64,000 nt of DNA from Octopus vulgaris (taxonomy: Eukaryota): positions 67,270,001 through 67,334,000 of the forward strand of contig OX597822.1 in NCBI GenBank assembly GCA_951406725.2. Reading direction: 5' to 3'. The position numbers and the translations under genes were made by a program. The notes beneath the pieces are model-generated. The model ran no database searches. It was not told where the DNA came from and was given only the letters and a program-made list of their open reading frames with translations. Below are positions 43,083 to 57,718 of this stretch, piece after piece (position 1 is the first letter of the stretch; every line of letters begins with the position of its first letter).

Positions 43083-45359
43083 CACAGGACAGGGAAGAGA
43101 AACATAAACTAATTAAAGTCATCAATTTAACCAATACAGAACCCAACCCCAACCTTCTCAACTTACTCTCCAAAGGTCTGAAATTCCCACCAACCCCCCC
43201 ACTACTACGAAATGAAGGAAGACATTACAGAATTTTGTAGAAAATTGCGACTTAGTGAGGAACTATTCGACCAGCACAATGAGGATGAGTCACTAGCTAG
43301 AAATAAAAGCAACTACACCCCACGAAAAGGTAGAAATAAAATCCTAGACGAATTCTGTGAGCACATTACAAACTTCCCCTACCAACACTTACACAAACCA
43401 AAACCCAAACCAAACCTCAACAAGAAAGAGTGGGAAGAATTAAACAAATTAAAAAATGAAAGATCTATCACCATTAAAGAGGCCGATAAAGGAAGTGCAG
43501 TAGTCTTAATGGAGACAGAATACTATATCAACTTAGCACTCTCCACCTTGGAAAATGGAACATATTACGAAAAGGCTGAACACTACAATCAACAGAAAAT
43601 TATGAGAAACTTAAAAACCCTGATCAACCCCCACAAAGAAGAACTCACTAACAAAGAATTCAACTTCATCACAAATTTCACTAGTAAAACCAGCCTCTTC
43701 TACGGTATTCCCAAAATTCATAAAAGCGAATTAATAAGTAAGGCATGCAAGGAAGCCACAAACTCTGTAATCAATGTCCCCTCACCAAATGACCTCAAAT
43801 TGAGACCTATAATAGCAGGTCCCGCTTGCGAAACCCACCGCCTTAGCAACTTCATTGATACCCTTCTCAAGCCGTTCCTCAAACACATTAAAAGCTACAT
43901 AAGGGACGATCTAGATATGCTCAACCACCTCCCCAATACACTTCTTGCTGAACAAACCCTGCTAGTAACATTCGATGTAGTCAATCTTTACTCCAACATC
44001 CCCCACAACCTAGGAATAGAAGCTATCCAATTCTGGCTGGATAATTACTCCAACGAACTCCCACACCGCATCAAAAAGGAATTTATTTTAGAAGGACTCA
44101 AATTCATCTTAGAGAATAATTTCTTCACCTTCAACAACAAATTCTACAGACAGAAATCAGGGACGGCAATGGGAACGAAAACAGCTCCCACTTACGCAAA
44201 CTTAGTCATGGGATACCTGGAAATCACCCTCTATAATAACGTTCTTAACCAATTTGGCACCACTCTCCACACACACATAGAGAAGAACTGGAAGAGATAT
44301 CTTGATGACTGCTTCATCCTTTGGCCCGAAACCGTCGAGAAGCTTAACGAATTTCACACTCTTATAAATGGGCTCAACACAAACATTATTTTCACAATGG
44401 AATACAGCCCTCAACAAATTCCCTTCCTCGACATCCTCATTAAAATTCACAACAAAAAAATAGAAACAGACATATACTACAAGCCCACAGACTCCAAGCA
44501 ATACCTCCCTTTCAATTCATGCCACCCTAGACACGTTAAAATTAACATTCCCTACAACTTAGCCAAGAGAATTTGCACTATAGTCTCCAATAAAAATACC
44601 CGTCTCTTACGTCTACAAGAACTCAAGGGCACATTAACAAGCAGGGATTACCCCACGTCACTAATTGACAATGGGATCCAACGCGCCCTAAAACTCAGCA
44701 CGCAGGAACTTAGACGCCCTAAACCTGTTACATCGAAACCCCATACTCTACCATACATCTCTACACACAACCCCCTCAACAATGAAGCTTTTGACACCAT
44801 CCTCCAGAACATTCCTGTATTACAAAAGGACCATAGAATGAACCAAATCCTCCTAACACACGAAATCATAAAGAGCAAAAGGCAACCCAAATCATTGAAA
44901 ACCATCCTAACAAATGCCAAAGTACTGCCAACCACAACAACTAAACCCACAGTAAACAAATGCAATAGACCCAACTGTGGTATATGCATCAACCTAATAG
45001 AAGGTCCGGAATTCCTTTTTAAACAAGGACAACGTTTCACAGTAAAACACAACTTCACATGCGCATCAGAAAACCTAGTATATGTCTTAACTTGCTCGGG
45101 CTGTAATGAACACTACATAGGCCAAACAAAAAATAGCCTCCGCCAACGCATGACTGTCCACAGATCCCAAATAAAAATACAGGAATATAGAAAAATAGCA
45201 TTTAGTGCACATATTGATACCTGTGCCGCACAACTCCATCCCAATTTTAGAATCTTTCCCCTCTACAAATTTAAAGACAATGCCACTCATACCCAGCGAA
45301 TAACCATGGAATCCCACCTTATTAATAAATACAGACCACTTCTAAACACATGCCCCTAA
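43049..45359 (+). CDS. PLE reverse transcriptase + Cys-rich linker + GIY-YIG endonuclease (one frame break near the C7 run 43194-43200)
   Basis: Motifs NL..LSKGLKFPP (in -1 frame), KEADKG, YGIPKIHK, LRPII, FDVVNLYSNIP, GTAMG, YLDD, PFLD, YYKPTD, SCHP; linker CNRPNCGIC; VYVLTCSGC..YIGQT..LRQRM..H; 715-aa open frame 43212-45359. Confidence 0.93.
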
Positions 45360-45838
45360 CACGAACCCACAACAAACACACTTACACCTGCACACACCCT
45401 ACACACACCTTTACCCAGATATTAACACCATGACACACACAAATATATGGTTCCACACATACACATAATTGAATACGGGTGCAAAACATCCAACACTATT
45501 TTTTGGAAATGGCTGTAAATATTGACTTCACACAAATACGTTGCTTCCCGATACAGGCACAAGGCCAGCAGAACTATAAATATTGAAAATTGTACCCACA
45601 CACACACACATATATACACGCGCGCGCGCCCCAACATACATATAAACACACACACGCGCGCGCGCGCACACACATACATACATACAGCTCTCCCTGTTCT
45701 AAACGAACTTACTTATCCAGCCAAGCGGAAAATACACTCCCTAACTACGCGCTAAAAAGCTATTTAAAATATCCACATGACGTCTACTGACCAGCCTGAA
45801 CAATAAGAATTTTCAACAACACTATTTTCGAAAATTCT

Positions 45839-46050
45839 AAACATTCACGTGACCTCTTTATTATGGCCAATAAGAAATTTTAGGCGGGACACTAGCCAAA
45901 TTTTAACTTCTCTGGAGCCTTTTTTCTTACCCCAACACCAACTTCCATTCAAACATTCACGTGACCCCTTCATAATGACCAATCAAAATTTTAGGCGCGA
46001 AACCAAGCAAATCCAAAACAACTCTGGAGCCTCTTTTTTTCACATATAAG
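45839..46050 (+). promoter_or_regulatory. putative pLTR promoter: 2 x 112-bp module (TCACGTGAC E-box, CCAAT, GGCG(G/C)GA E2F-like) plus TATAAG
   Basis: TCACGTGAC at 45845 and 45957; CCAAT at 45867 and 45979; GGCGCGAAA at 45994; TATAAG at 46045. Confidence 0.55.
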
Positions 46051-46071
46051 AGACAGACTCTAATCTCTCTT

Positions 46072-46115
46072 TTATATTTTGATAAGCATAACAAATGCGC
46101 AACCGGTAAATAGAA
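46072..46115 (+). ncRNA. variant minimal type I hammerhead motif (U3-A8, GCAA)
   Basis: TATT-TTGATAA-GCAT(AACAA)ATGC-GCAA-CCGG-TA-AATA; palindromic ACCGGT stem III. Confidence 0.65.
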
Positions 46116-46217
46116 CTTTCACCTAATTAAATTACTTAAATTACTTCAATTATTTGTCAGCATTTTCTTCATTTCCTTTTTTATATATCACCACTCGTGT
46201 TCGACATCTCCTTTTTT

Positions 46218-46262
<45 letters not shown>

Positions 46263-46328
46263 GCACACACACACATATATATTTACATATATATAAATGT
46301 GTGTGTGCCTGTTTGTGTATACGTGTAC

Positions 46329-46818
<490 letters not shown>

Positions 46819-46921
46819 CTACTAATATAGGATTAAATTTTTTCAGGAAAAAATTCATCAAAAGTGGCAGCATAATAAAATACCTTTAAAGGTTAAAACT
46901 ATGAACAACTTATTGCCATTG

Positions 46922-46982
<61 letters not shown>

Positions 46983-48016
46983 ATATACATACATACATGT
47001 GTGTGTGCATGTTTTGTATACGCGTACGTATATATCTATGTGTTCATATATATAAACTCACACATATGCATATGTGTATGTATGCATATATATTTTTGCA
47101 TGTATATGCACATATATATGTGTGTATTTAAATACATATATGCCTGCGTGCGTTCGTCAATGCGTGTTAATGTACGAATGCCTGTTTTAATAGAAGCCCA
47201 ATTATTTCACCAATATAACCTATTATTTTCCTTCTCAAATACAATATTTAGGCGCAATTTAAATTGTAACTTGTTATTTTCAAAAATTTTCTATCAGCAA
47301 ATTAACTTCTAAACGAGTATCATCTGTTTCCTTTCGTTAATGGCAACATAGTTTTTATGATATCACTGTAGGATGTCTGCTTATTTTCTATTTTATTTCA
47401 TATTTTGTCATTTATTTCAGCAATAGTTAGCGTTCATTGTAGAAAATATATCAACACGTTAGTCAATTAATGATTACGAAGATTCGTCGAATATATTTTT
47501 GCAAAACAAATAGCATTATATACACAATTATTTCCCTTGGCCAAATATTTTCCTTCCTGTAGGAGAATCTTCAGAAAATAGGAAGTAATAATGACTCTGG
47601 TGCATATTAATTATTTCCGAAATTATATACTCTTAATAATCATCTCGACTGCAATGTTTTGGCCCTAATTAAATTTTGATCTGTATCGGACACGAAAGTC
47701 TTAATGCATACATATATAAATATGTACATATACATACATAAAGATAATTAAATAGATAGATGGATATATACATATATATATACATACATACATATGTAGG
47801 TAGGTAGGTAGGTAGGTAGGTAGGTAGGTAGTAGGTGGGCGGGCGGGTGGATGGAGGGATGGATAGATATATATAGATAGGTAGGTAGATAGACACATAG
47901 ATAGATACTACATATATACATACATAAATTCATACATACATATATACAGGCATACAAACATACATGCATATGTACATACATAGATATATACATACATAAA
48001 TACATACATACATACA

Positions 48017-48050
<34 letters not shown>

Positions 48051-48227
48051 CATGCATACCTACCTACATACATACATACATACCTACATACATACATATA
48101 TACATACAGAAAAGAAAAAATGGCGAGTGGGGAGTTAACAATTATCTATTATTAACAAATTGGTCATTTTCACTTCTTAATTTCTTAATAAGAAATCTTA
48201 CGCTCCACTTTATTTGCTTCATTTCAC

Positions 48228-48325
<98 letters not shown>

Positions 48326-48854
48326 TGTGTGTGTTGGGATTCTGGTGAATCAGAAACTTAGATGGTGAGACACCGGGTCGGGTCAAGATGAAAATTCATA
48401 CGCAACAACTATAGGCGAATATATACCGAGTAAGTGACAGAGAGAGAGAGATAGAGCGAGTGTGTGTGAAAGAGAGATAATCAGTTATCACCTAGGTGTT
48501 ACCTGTCTAGGTGTTGCCTTGAAAAGACTTTAGTTTCCCCATGCGTAGTACTGCATACAATCTACTAGGGTTGTTTGCAATCCAATCTCTAATGTTGTCA
48601 ATCCGAAAATGCTTTTACTGACTTCTTGCTCAGTTTCCTTCAACATTTGTATTCAAGATGGTCTTGTGCAGTGACTTGTGAGGCATGGTATGACCAAAAT
48701 AAGACAACTTTCTGAAGTAAATTTTCGGCACTATGTGTCTTTCGCGTTTCGCCTTTCAAATATCATTTCTAGAATAGCAGCGATTGATACTGAGTCTTGT
48801 TCTCATTGTTGCTTACATTGTCCAAATTTCCTACTCGTAGGGAACAATTGGTTA

Positions 48855-48912
<58 letters not shown>

Positions 48913-49487
48913 GAGAGAGGGTACTATTATTCACGCTAACGTTTTTCTCGCTAACTACTGATAATTTCTTATAAAGATTTTATCCTTAATTTTAAATTTA
49001 TATTTTTCACCGAAATAGTTCAATACTGAATTTTTGTTCCGAATAGGCAAATTGTTACCGAAATGCATTGCGAATAAGCCCGTCATTTTCATAGATATGT
49101 AAAGATAAACATTCGTACATGCTACGACGAATTCTACGGTTGGCTGTCGGGTATGCTATATTGTGTTTTTTCTTTACATGTCTTGAGTTCGTTGCACTGA
49201 AGAGCATAGAATGCATATTCTTCATTGATTGCCAAATCACAGGTGAAATGTAACTAAATTCTACTTTTAAATGACTTGCTTTGAAGTTTTGCATTCGGTA
49301 CAATTTGTTTATTTTAGTAGTTTTGACTGCAAGAGTCCCTCCTAGCGTGCGGTATTTATGAATAATAGTACCCTCTATATAATATAAATAAATATTTTCA
49401 AAGTGGAAAAATTTACAGATTGTTACTCTTACGAGGTTTTTTACGCTAACTACTGATAATTTCTTATAAAGATTTTATCCTTAATTT

Positions 49488-49576
<89 letters not shown>

Positions 49577-49754
49577 TAGTTTGAATTTGCGGTTCAGATT
49601 TTTGTCTTTTGAGGTGAAGTTCTACATCTATCTATCTATCTATCCATTTATCTATCTATATGTGTGTATGTGTGTGTGTATATATATATATGTGTGTGTA
49701 TGTATGTGCATTCATACGTTTATATATATATGCATATACACATATAAATGTATA

Positions 49755-49795
<41 letters not shown>

Positions 49796-49875
49796 TTATA
49801 TTTATATACATATATACCTACATACATGCCATCATATGTACATATGTATGTGTGTATATATATATATACATACAC

Positions 49876-49922
<47 letters not shown>

Positions 49923-49959
49923 TATGTACATACATATATATATATATACATATATATAC

Positions 49960-49990
<31 letters not shown>

Positions 49991-50008
49991 CATATATATA
50001 TACATATA

Positions 50009-50055
<47 letters not shown>

Positions 50056-50796
50056 GGGGATACACTACACACACACACACACACACACACACACTTCTAC
50101 TATTTGTACGTGAATGCATTACGGGTTGAAAGACAGAAGGGAAGTAAAACAAGACATAATGAAACAATGGAAGAATTACAGAAAAAATGAATAAACAAGT
50201 GAGATGGAGAGCACGAGTGCACAAGCACTCGATTACCGCTAAGATAACAGCTGAGATTTTTTTTTCCTATTTTCTATCTGGATCGCACTTTCTTTATTTA
50301 ATTATCGTAATGAGGTTTTCTGTAATGTATGTAGTCTTTCAACTGTTTCTACAGGATCTTTTGCCACATTGTTATACGAGATATATTTCTATATGTATTT
50401 TTGGAGAAGATTTTTAAAAACATACTGACACACGTAACTAAATTTTGTTCTGCGCTCAAGGTCTTCATTATACAAAGTGTCATATCCTTTTGTTTAGATT
50501 CGAGGTGTCATTTCAGAAAGGTCTCTGCTAATTATATGATGTTGATCGTAACAAGTAACAAGTTATCATAAGAAAATTCCACTTATCAAACTTCTATCAT
50601 GAGGCATGCGCTGCCTAAAATCTTCGCCATCATTTTTGTTGTTACTATCATAGCGTCACGCTTAATCTTGGTAAACCGCTGATGAACGCTGCTATAGGAT
50701 AACCGTCTGGCGCGCAAAATGTTGCATAAAGTGCAGTTAGTGTGGGTCACAAATGCCAGACAATAATAATCATATAACACTGGTATGTGTGAACTA

Positions 50797-51007
50797 AAGG
50801 CGGCGATTTGGTAGAAACTTTAGCACGCCAGGTGAAATGCTGCGTTCTGAGTTCAAATTCCGCCGAGGTCGACTTTACCTTTCATCCTTTCGGAGTCGAT
50901 AAATTAAGTACCAGTGACGCACTGGGGTCTATGTAATCGACTTAATCCATTTGTCTGTACTTGTTCGTCCCATCTATGTTTAGCCCCTTGTGGGCAATAA
51001 AGAAATA
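50797..51007 (+). mobile_element. SINE family B monomer with 14-bp TSD
   Basis: TSD GGTATGTGTGAACT at 50782-50795 and 51008-51021. Confidence 0.92.
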
Positions 51008-51409
51008 GGTATGTGTGAACTGATATCGTCTTTTTCTTTTTCGTTGACCAAACACATATTAGAAATGGACACTATATTTTACTTTTACTTCGTTCGATTG
51101 TAGTGATATGCTGGGCTACCGGACCCAAGATGTCAGTCACATAAATTTTCTCTAGTACTTATTTAAAGCAAGTATTTATTTTATCAGAAAATTTCTCTTT
51201 ATAAATGTCCTGAAAATTCCACAGAGCTTTGGCTTTGTTGTCTCATATTATTTAACATAGACATGCTCATACAAGACCCACATTAGACTCCTTACTCGTA
51301 TCATTATCGAACCGAGATTTTAACAACGGCCCTTCCATAGCACTTACATAGCGTTACGTGCCACCTTGGCTCTTCTGTATATCAATACTTCTCATATATA
51401 TACATATAC

Positions 51410-51464
<55 letters not shown>

Positions 51465-52820
51465 TACATACACACGTATATGCATAATATAAATTTATAA
51501 TCTATTTATATTTATACATAAATTATTATTACTATTATTATTGTTTATATATATACATAAATATATATGTGCATATGTGTGTGTGCGCGTGCGTGTGTCT
51601 GTATGTATACAAATTTATATGAATTTTTTGTATATATGGGTGTGGGTAAATGTATGTATGTATACAAACACGCCCGTATAATATACATGCAAAAAATATA
51701 TAAACACATATACATATATACGTGTGTGCGTGTTTGTGTCTGTGTATGCATACACACAGATTGATAGATATATCGATCAAGAGAGAGAGAGAGAGAGAGA
51801 GAGAGAATGTATACGCGTGAGTGAGTTCGTGAAAGAGTGAGTAAGTGACTGAATAAGAGAGGAAGTTAAAGATTGGACATAGGGAGACAGGCTGAGAGAC
51901 AAACAGACAGACATGAAAGTATTTTTTTTTTTTTTCAAAACTGTTATTATTTAATTTTCACACATTCCTCATAAATCAAAAAGTCGTTGGAATTAATTCG
52001 GAAAACAAATTCAGTAGAAACATTGTCAGATTGAAATATCAGATTTCACAATATTTATTGATGAAATGTTTTTAAAAAATATTGTTAATACGATTTCATT
52101 TATTATTTAAACAGTCACATATAGACAGACACGCCGCCATACTCGCATGCACAAATTTATACATCAAACACCCACCCACATACATAAACATATGGAAACG
52201 TATATACATGCGTATAGATGTTCATATATACATGCGTATAGATGTTCATATATATACATACGTATAAAGGTATAAATATATATGTGCTTGCTATATGTGA
52301 GTCAGAGTGTGTTTGCCTGAATACACACATACATGCATACATATATATATATATATACATATATATACATATACACAGTCATATATATATATATATATAT
52401 ATTCATGCAAACAGACACACGCACATACACAAAGATATATAGAGAGAAATATCTATATGTATGTATATATTTAAATAGATTTACATAAGTACGGATATAC
52501 AGAAAAGCAAACGATAGGCGTTCAACAACAGATTTGAATTATCGAGTATTCCCTTGGTGTGTATTCTTAAATTGATTCTCAGGCAGAATTATTATAAACA
52601 GTGAGTCAAAGTTTCAAACTTTCAACTATAGTTACAGAATTAGGTAATATGAAAGACTAACTGATTTTTCAACACACAAACCTTGGCTATGAATCATAAA
52701 ACTGAAACAGACATATGAAAAGAAACTGAAAGCGGAAGACAGAATCGGACAATGTATGTTGTACGATAGGCTAAGCAAAGCTGGAAGAAGGATTTCTAAA
52801 TGCATTGTTTAAATTGTATT

Positions 52821-53405
52821 GTCATCATCATCATTGTTCGACCGTGGTCGAGACAATGGAATTTACTATGTTACGCCAGACTTCACGGTCCATCATGGCA
52901 TTACGGAGGTCCTGTTGCTAGATGCCTGTATCCCTGGAGATTACATTAGGGTAGGAGAGTGTGCGCCCTCTGGTATTGCGAGTAGATGGCTTCCAGAGGA
53001 GAAGAGTAGAAATTACTTCTGTTTCAGCTCTACAACAGTGTCCAGCAAACTGGACTCTCTTACCTTTCACAAGGTAATGTAATGAACTGGCACTTCGTCG
53101 ATTACCTCGATTAGAGTTCCAGTTGATCCGATCAACGGAAAAACCTGCTTGTGAGATTAACGTGCAAGTGGCTAAGCACTCTACAGACACGTATACCTTT
53201 AACGTAGTTCTCAGGGAGGTTCAGCGTGACGCAGAGCGTGACAAAAGCAGGCCCTTTGAAATACAGGTACTACTCATTTTTGCCAATTTTTTTTACTGGA
53301 GCAATGTGAAATAAAGTGTCTTACTCAAGGACATAACGCCGGGAATTGAACTCATGACCTTAAGATCTTGAACCGAATATCCTACACACTAGGTTACGCG
53401 CCTTC
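52821..53405 (-). mobile_element. SINE family C carrying an RTE-LINE 3' end
   Basis: tRNA-like head at about 53405; after the body the minus strand reads VKGKRVQFAGHCCRAETEVISTLLLWKP...RGRTLSY...MMDREVWR, then a (TGA)n tail. Confidence 0.85.
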
Positions 53406-53661
53406 ACCTTGCAATCAACTAGGAAGGCTTAGGCAGACATTTTGTTAATTAATATGCTAGTCTCATCAAGTTGTTCTTAAGCGATTCTACAGAATGCTTG
53501 TAATAGTAACACAAGGTTGAGCGTAAAAATTAAAATTCGAAATATAGATTTCTTTTTAAATTTTTCCCGGCAAAAGCGGTCGTAAAAACTGAATATCTTT
53601 TATAGTAAACGACGAACATATCACATGCTTCTGTTTTCCGTTCTCAAATTATATTTCCGAA

Positions 53662-54060
53662 TAAGGCAGCGAGGAGCTGGCAGGATCTTTAGGACGCAGG
53701 GCAAAACGTCTAGCGGCATTTCGTCCGACTGTACGTTCTGAGTTCAAATTCCGCCGAAGTCGACTTTACCTTTCATCATTTCGAGATCGATAAAATAAGT
53801 GCCACTTGCACACTTGAGTCGATATATATTTCTTTATTGCCCACAAGGGGCTAAACATAGAGAGGACAAACAAGGACAGACAAAGGGATAAAGTCGATTA
53901 AATCGACCCCAGTGCGAAACTGGTACTTTTATTTATAGACCCCGAAAGGATGAAAGGCAAATCGACCTCGGCGGAATTTGAACTCAGTACGTAACGACAG
54001 ATGAAATACTGCAAAGCATTCCGCCCGGCGCGCTAACGTGTCTGCCAGCTCGCCGCCTCG
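53662..54060. mobile_element. two oppositely oriented SINE B copies (one nested)
   Basis: Plus copy from about 53662 is interrupted at about 53826 by a minus copy ending GCTCGCCGCC at about 54058. Confidence 0.8.
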
Positions 54061-54719
54061 ACGTACAAGTGCCACCGAGGTCAATCTTGCCCTTCATCCT
54101 ATTACTTAAGTACTAGAGTCAATGTAATCAACTTCGTCCCCCTCTGCTAAAATGGATGTCTAAATTAAGTAAGAAGTATATTTTCAAATGAAGCGATATT
54201 TTAGTTGCAGTAATCTTTTGCGCGTCGCACTAGTCTTTGTGATATCTGGAAAGACAGGGTTTCACTCAGTGAATCCATAAATTTCTGCGTATTTTTGCTA
54301 ATTGAATGGTAGGTGGGAAATTTATATGCGCCCACGAAAGTTTATATCATGTGGAGTTGAGTCAAACTTTTATTATATGTGTGCGTATGTGTGTATTAAT
54401 ATTGATAATAATAAACAGAATGGAGACCTGTGCATCCACAAAATTTATTTTATACTTATATAACTATAAAATTAATTTTGTGGATGTACAAGTCTCCATA
54501 CTCTTTTGTTATCATTAATATTAGTATATACTGCAGACAGTTTTTACCCTCCAGCAAAGAATACACAGAATTACCAATCGGAAAATTCGCGGATGTAGAC
54601 ACAGACGTTAGACACTCATCATTATGGTTAGCTGTTAACTGGAACTTATCTGAGAGCTAATACGGTAGCTGCCCAGATAATACATACCTCCAAAATCACT
54701 TCTATATATACATACACGT

Positions 54720-54942
54720 GGAGGCGCAATGGCCTAGTGGTTAGGGCAGCGGACTCGCGGTCGCAGGGGGTGGTGATCCCTGCTGTACTCTTTCACCACT
54801 CTTTCTCCCACTCTTTCTTCTGTTGGCCTACTCGCTTAGCCAGCGGGGTGGTGTCATTCGAAGGCTAAAACAATGCGAACGGATTGTGACCAGCGATGTG
54901 TAACAACATCTGATGGTCTGGTCGGTCACGTGATCACGTGAT
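54720..54942 (+). mobile_element. tRNA-derived SINE family D, internally deleted
   Basis: GGAGGCGCAATGGCCTAGTGGTTAGGGCAGCGGACTCGCGG head (box A; box B missing); GGTCACGTGATCACGTGA tail. Confidence 0.7.
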
Positions 54943-55258
54943 ATACATATTCACATTTATACGTATACGCATCTTATAGGTATTGTTTCACAAAAGTTGT
55001 TCAGCATGCATTTTAAAAGAATTTAAAAGTTTGCATTTATGTACAGCCGTGTTACCCAAGACAAAAGGAATCGCTTTTAATAATACACTTCTTTTGTTTG
55101 TATTTTCATACATTTTTAGAATATAATCATATCATTCAATTATAGTTACTGGCTATCTTTTATCACATACCCCAAGCTCTTAAAATTAACAACCACCTCA
55201 GAAACAAAATTCAGAATGAAACTGAGGCACTAATGTGTATATTCATATATACATAATT

Positions 55259-55347
<89 letters not shown>

Positions 55348-56289
55348 CATACATATGCCTGGAGATAAAGACGGGACAGTGGAAACTTAATTTATCATAA
55401 ATCATAAAGGATTGACCTGCGGTTAAACCGAACAATAAATTCATTTGTTTTATTACCGATAGTTTGAGCGATTTTCTCGTGTGTTTATAAGTCTTCGATC
55501 AAAAATTAATTTGAAATAATCAGATTTCTTTCAATATTCGCTTTTCTATATTGCTTTGTACTCTGTTCTGTTTGCCTTAGTGATTTTCAATTTTAATTAC
55601 ACATTCTCCATCTCACTTTTTCTCTCTTTCAGAAACATAATCACACAAATACACACACACACACACACAATCCAGCAAAACACTGTCCTTTTACGTTCTT
55701 TGTCTCAATATCTATGACAAAAGTTCACAAAATCAAATGTGAATATAACATCTTCGCATCTCTTGCTACGCATACATCCGATATATGATATATTTATTCT
55801 TATCTGCAGCACATGAATACACTGGTTACATCGTACATCTGCTGTCTGTCCACTCATATCATAGCCGTTATGCGTGCAGTCGCTGCATTTGAAAGCGATA
55901 GCAAACAAATCTCGCCTGAATCCTTAAATCCTACAGTGACTCTTGAATAATTATGACACAATGGATAATGTAATGCCTGATTGATTGAATGGTCTTGTCG
56001 AATGAGATACCTTTGAACATAGGTACCTTTAATCAATACTGAGGTCTGCAGAAACAATGGAACATCAATTATAGTGGTTGAACTGTTAGAAATATTAATC
56101 AAATTTCATTAAATCACGTCCTACTTCACGAAAAAGAAGTAATATTGTTCTTCTAGATGTAGTTACTATTACAGCTGGACTTTTTCTATACTTTTAATCC
56201 ATCAACTAAGGTAGAGTTATAAACAAAATTGTGGAAGCTGTGTGTTATGTATCAACAGTTTTTTATTGAAATGATATTACTCTCTCTGT

Positions 56290-56762
<473 letters not shown>

Positions 56763-57646
56763 TTATTATTTTCTTTATTTTCATTATGTTCTCAGTTTAG
56801 CTTTTATGGATATTTTCCTGATATTATACAGACATCACAACTAAAGGCATTTCAAAGACGCTGTCACTGACATAAGGCCGCACACAGAATCCTTCTGTTG
56901 GCGAAGGCTAGTTCATTCTGCACAATCCCGCTATGGCGCGGATTACAGGCTCCGCAGAGACCTGCATGTGACTTGTAGGTACTTGTTGAAGATGCAGAAG
57001 AGTTTCTAACATAGTGATGCTTTAAGACACCATCGAAAGACGAACTTCTTATATCCTGAAGCTAATCCGTAATTTAAAACATATCTAATGATTTCTTTCC
57101 ACCACCTGTATCTCTCTATTCATATTTGTGCAAGCTAGCTTAATGTGTAACATTAGATTTTATGGAAATATAATTATTTAGTTGCGATAAAAAATACAAA
57201 TAGATACTAATACTGCAAGAGTAGTGACTATGAAACATAGTTAATAAAGTGAAAGCAAGTTAGCGGACGTTTAATTCAGTCAGCACGCTGATTTAATTGT
57301 ATTCTTGCTAGCGTTCAGAACCAATTAGTTTCAGCATTCCCATTCCTTGGGGGGTGGAAATGTAAAGAAATATGACAAAATTAAATCGAGACTTAATTAA
57401 TTATTTATTGATCTATATATTTAAAAATCCGTCGAATTTCATCGTTTAAATCAATGATCTAATATTTTAACTGCAGAATGCAATTAAATTAGGCGCCCAC
57501 ACCAGATACAAAAATATTTTGATGCTGAATCGATGTGTGTTGGGGAAAAGGAATGGCTCCGTCTGTACGCATATGGATGTGTGTACTCACACATACACAC
57601 ACATACATAAATTTTTATACACGGCAATGTATATATAAACTTAAAT

Positions 57647-57718
<72 letters not shown>

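Larger units (their letters stand above)
40927..46224 (+). mobile_element. Penelope-like retroelement (Neptune-type), near intact, with inverted pseudo-LTRs
   Basis: RT + GIY-YIG ORF; ~725-bp inverted repeats; 89-bp direct terminal repeat; hammerhead-like motif in the pLTR; (TA)n on both flanks. Confidence 0.95.
45466..46224 (+). repeat. 3' pseudo-LTR with 36-nt tail
   Basis: 45466-46188 is inverted to the 5' copy; 46136-46224 is a direct repeat of 41673-41761. Confidence 0.95.

Noticed and set aside
44202-45317. Antisense ORFs within the PLE RT
   Set aside because: Expected by-product of the strong A/C strand bias; no motifs
40927-46188. Long inverted repeats as TIRs of a DNA transposon, DIRS or Polinton
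   Set aside because: Interior encodes PLE RT and GIY-YIG with no transposase, tyrosine recombinase or integrase; geometry fits inverted pLTRs
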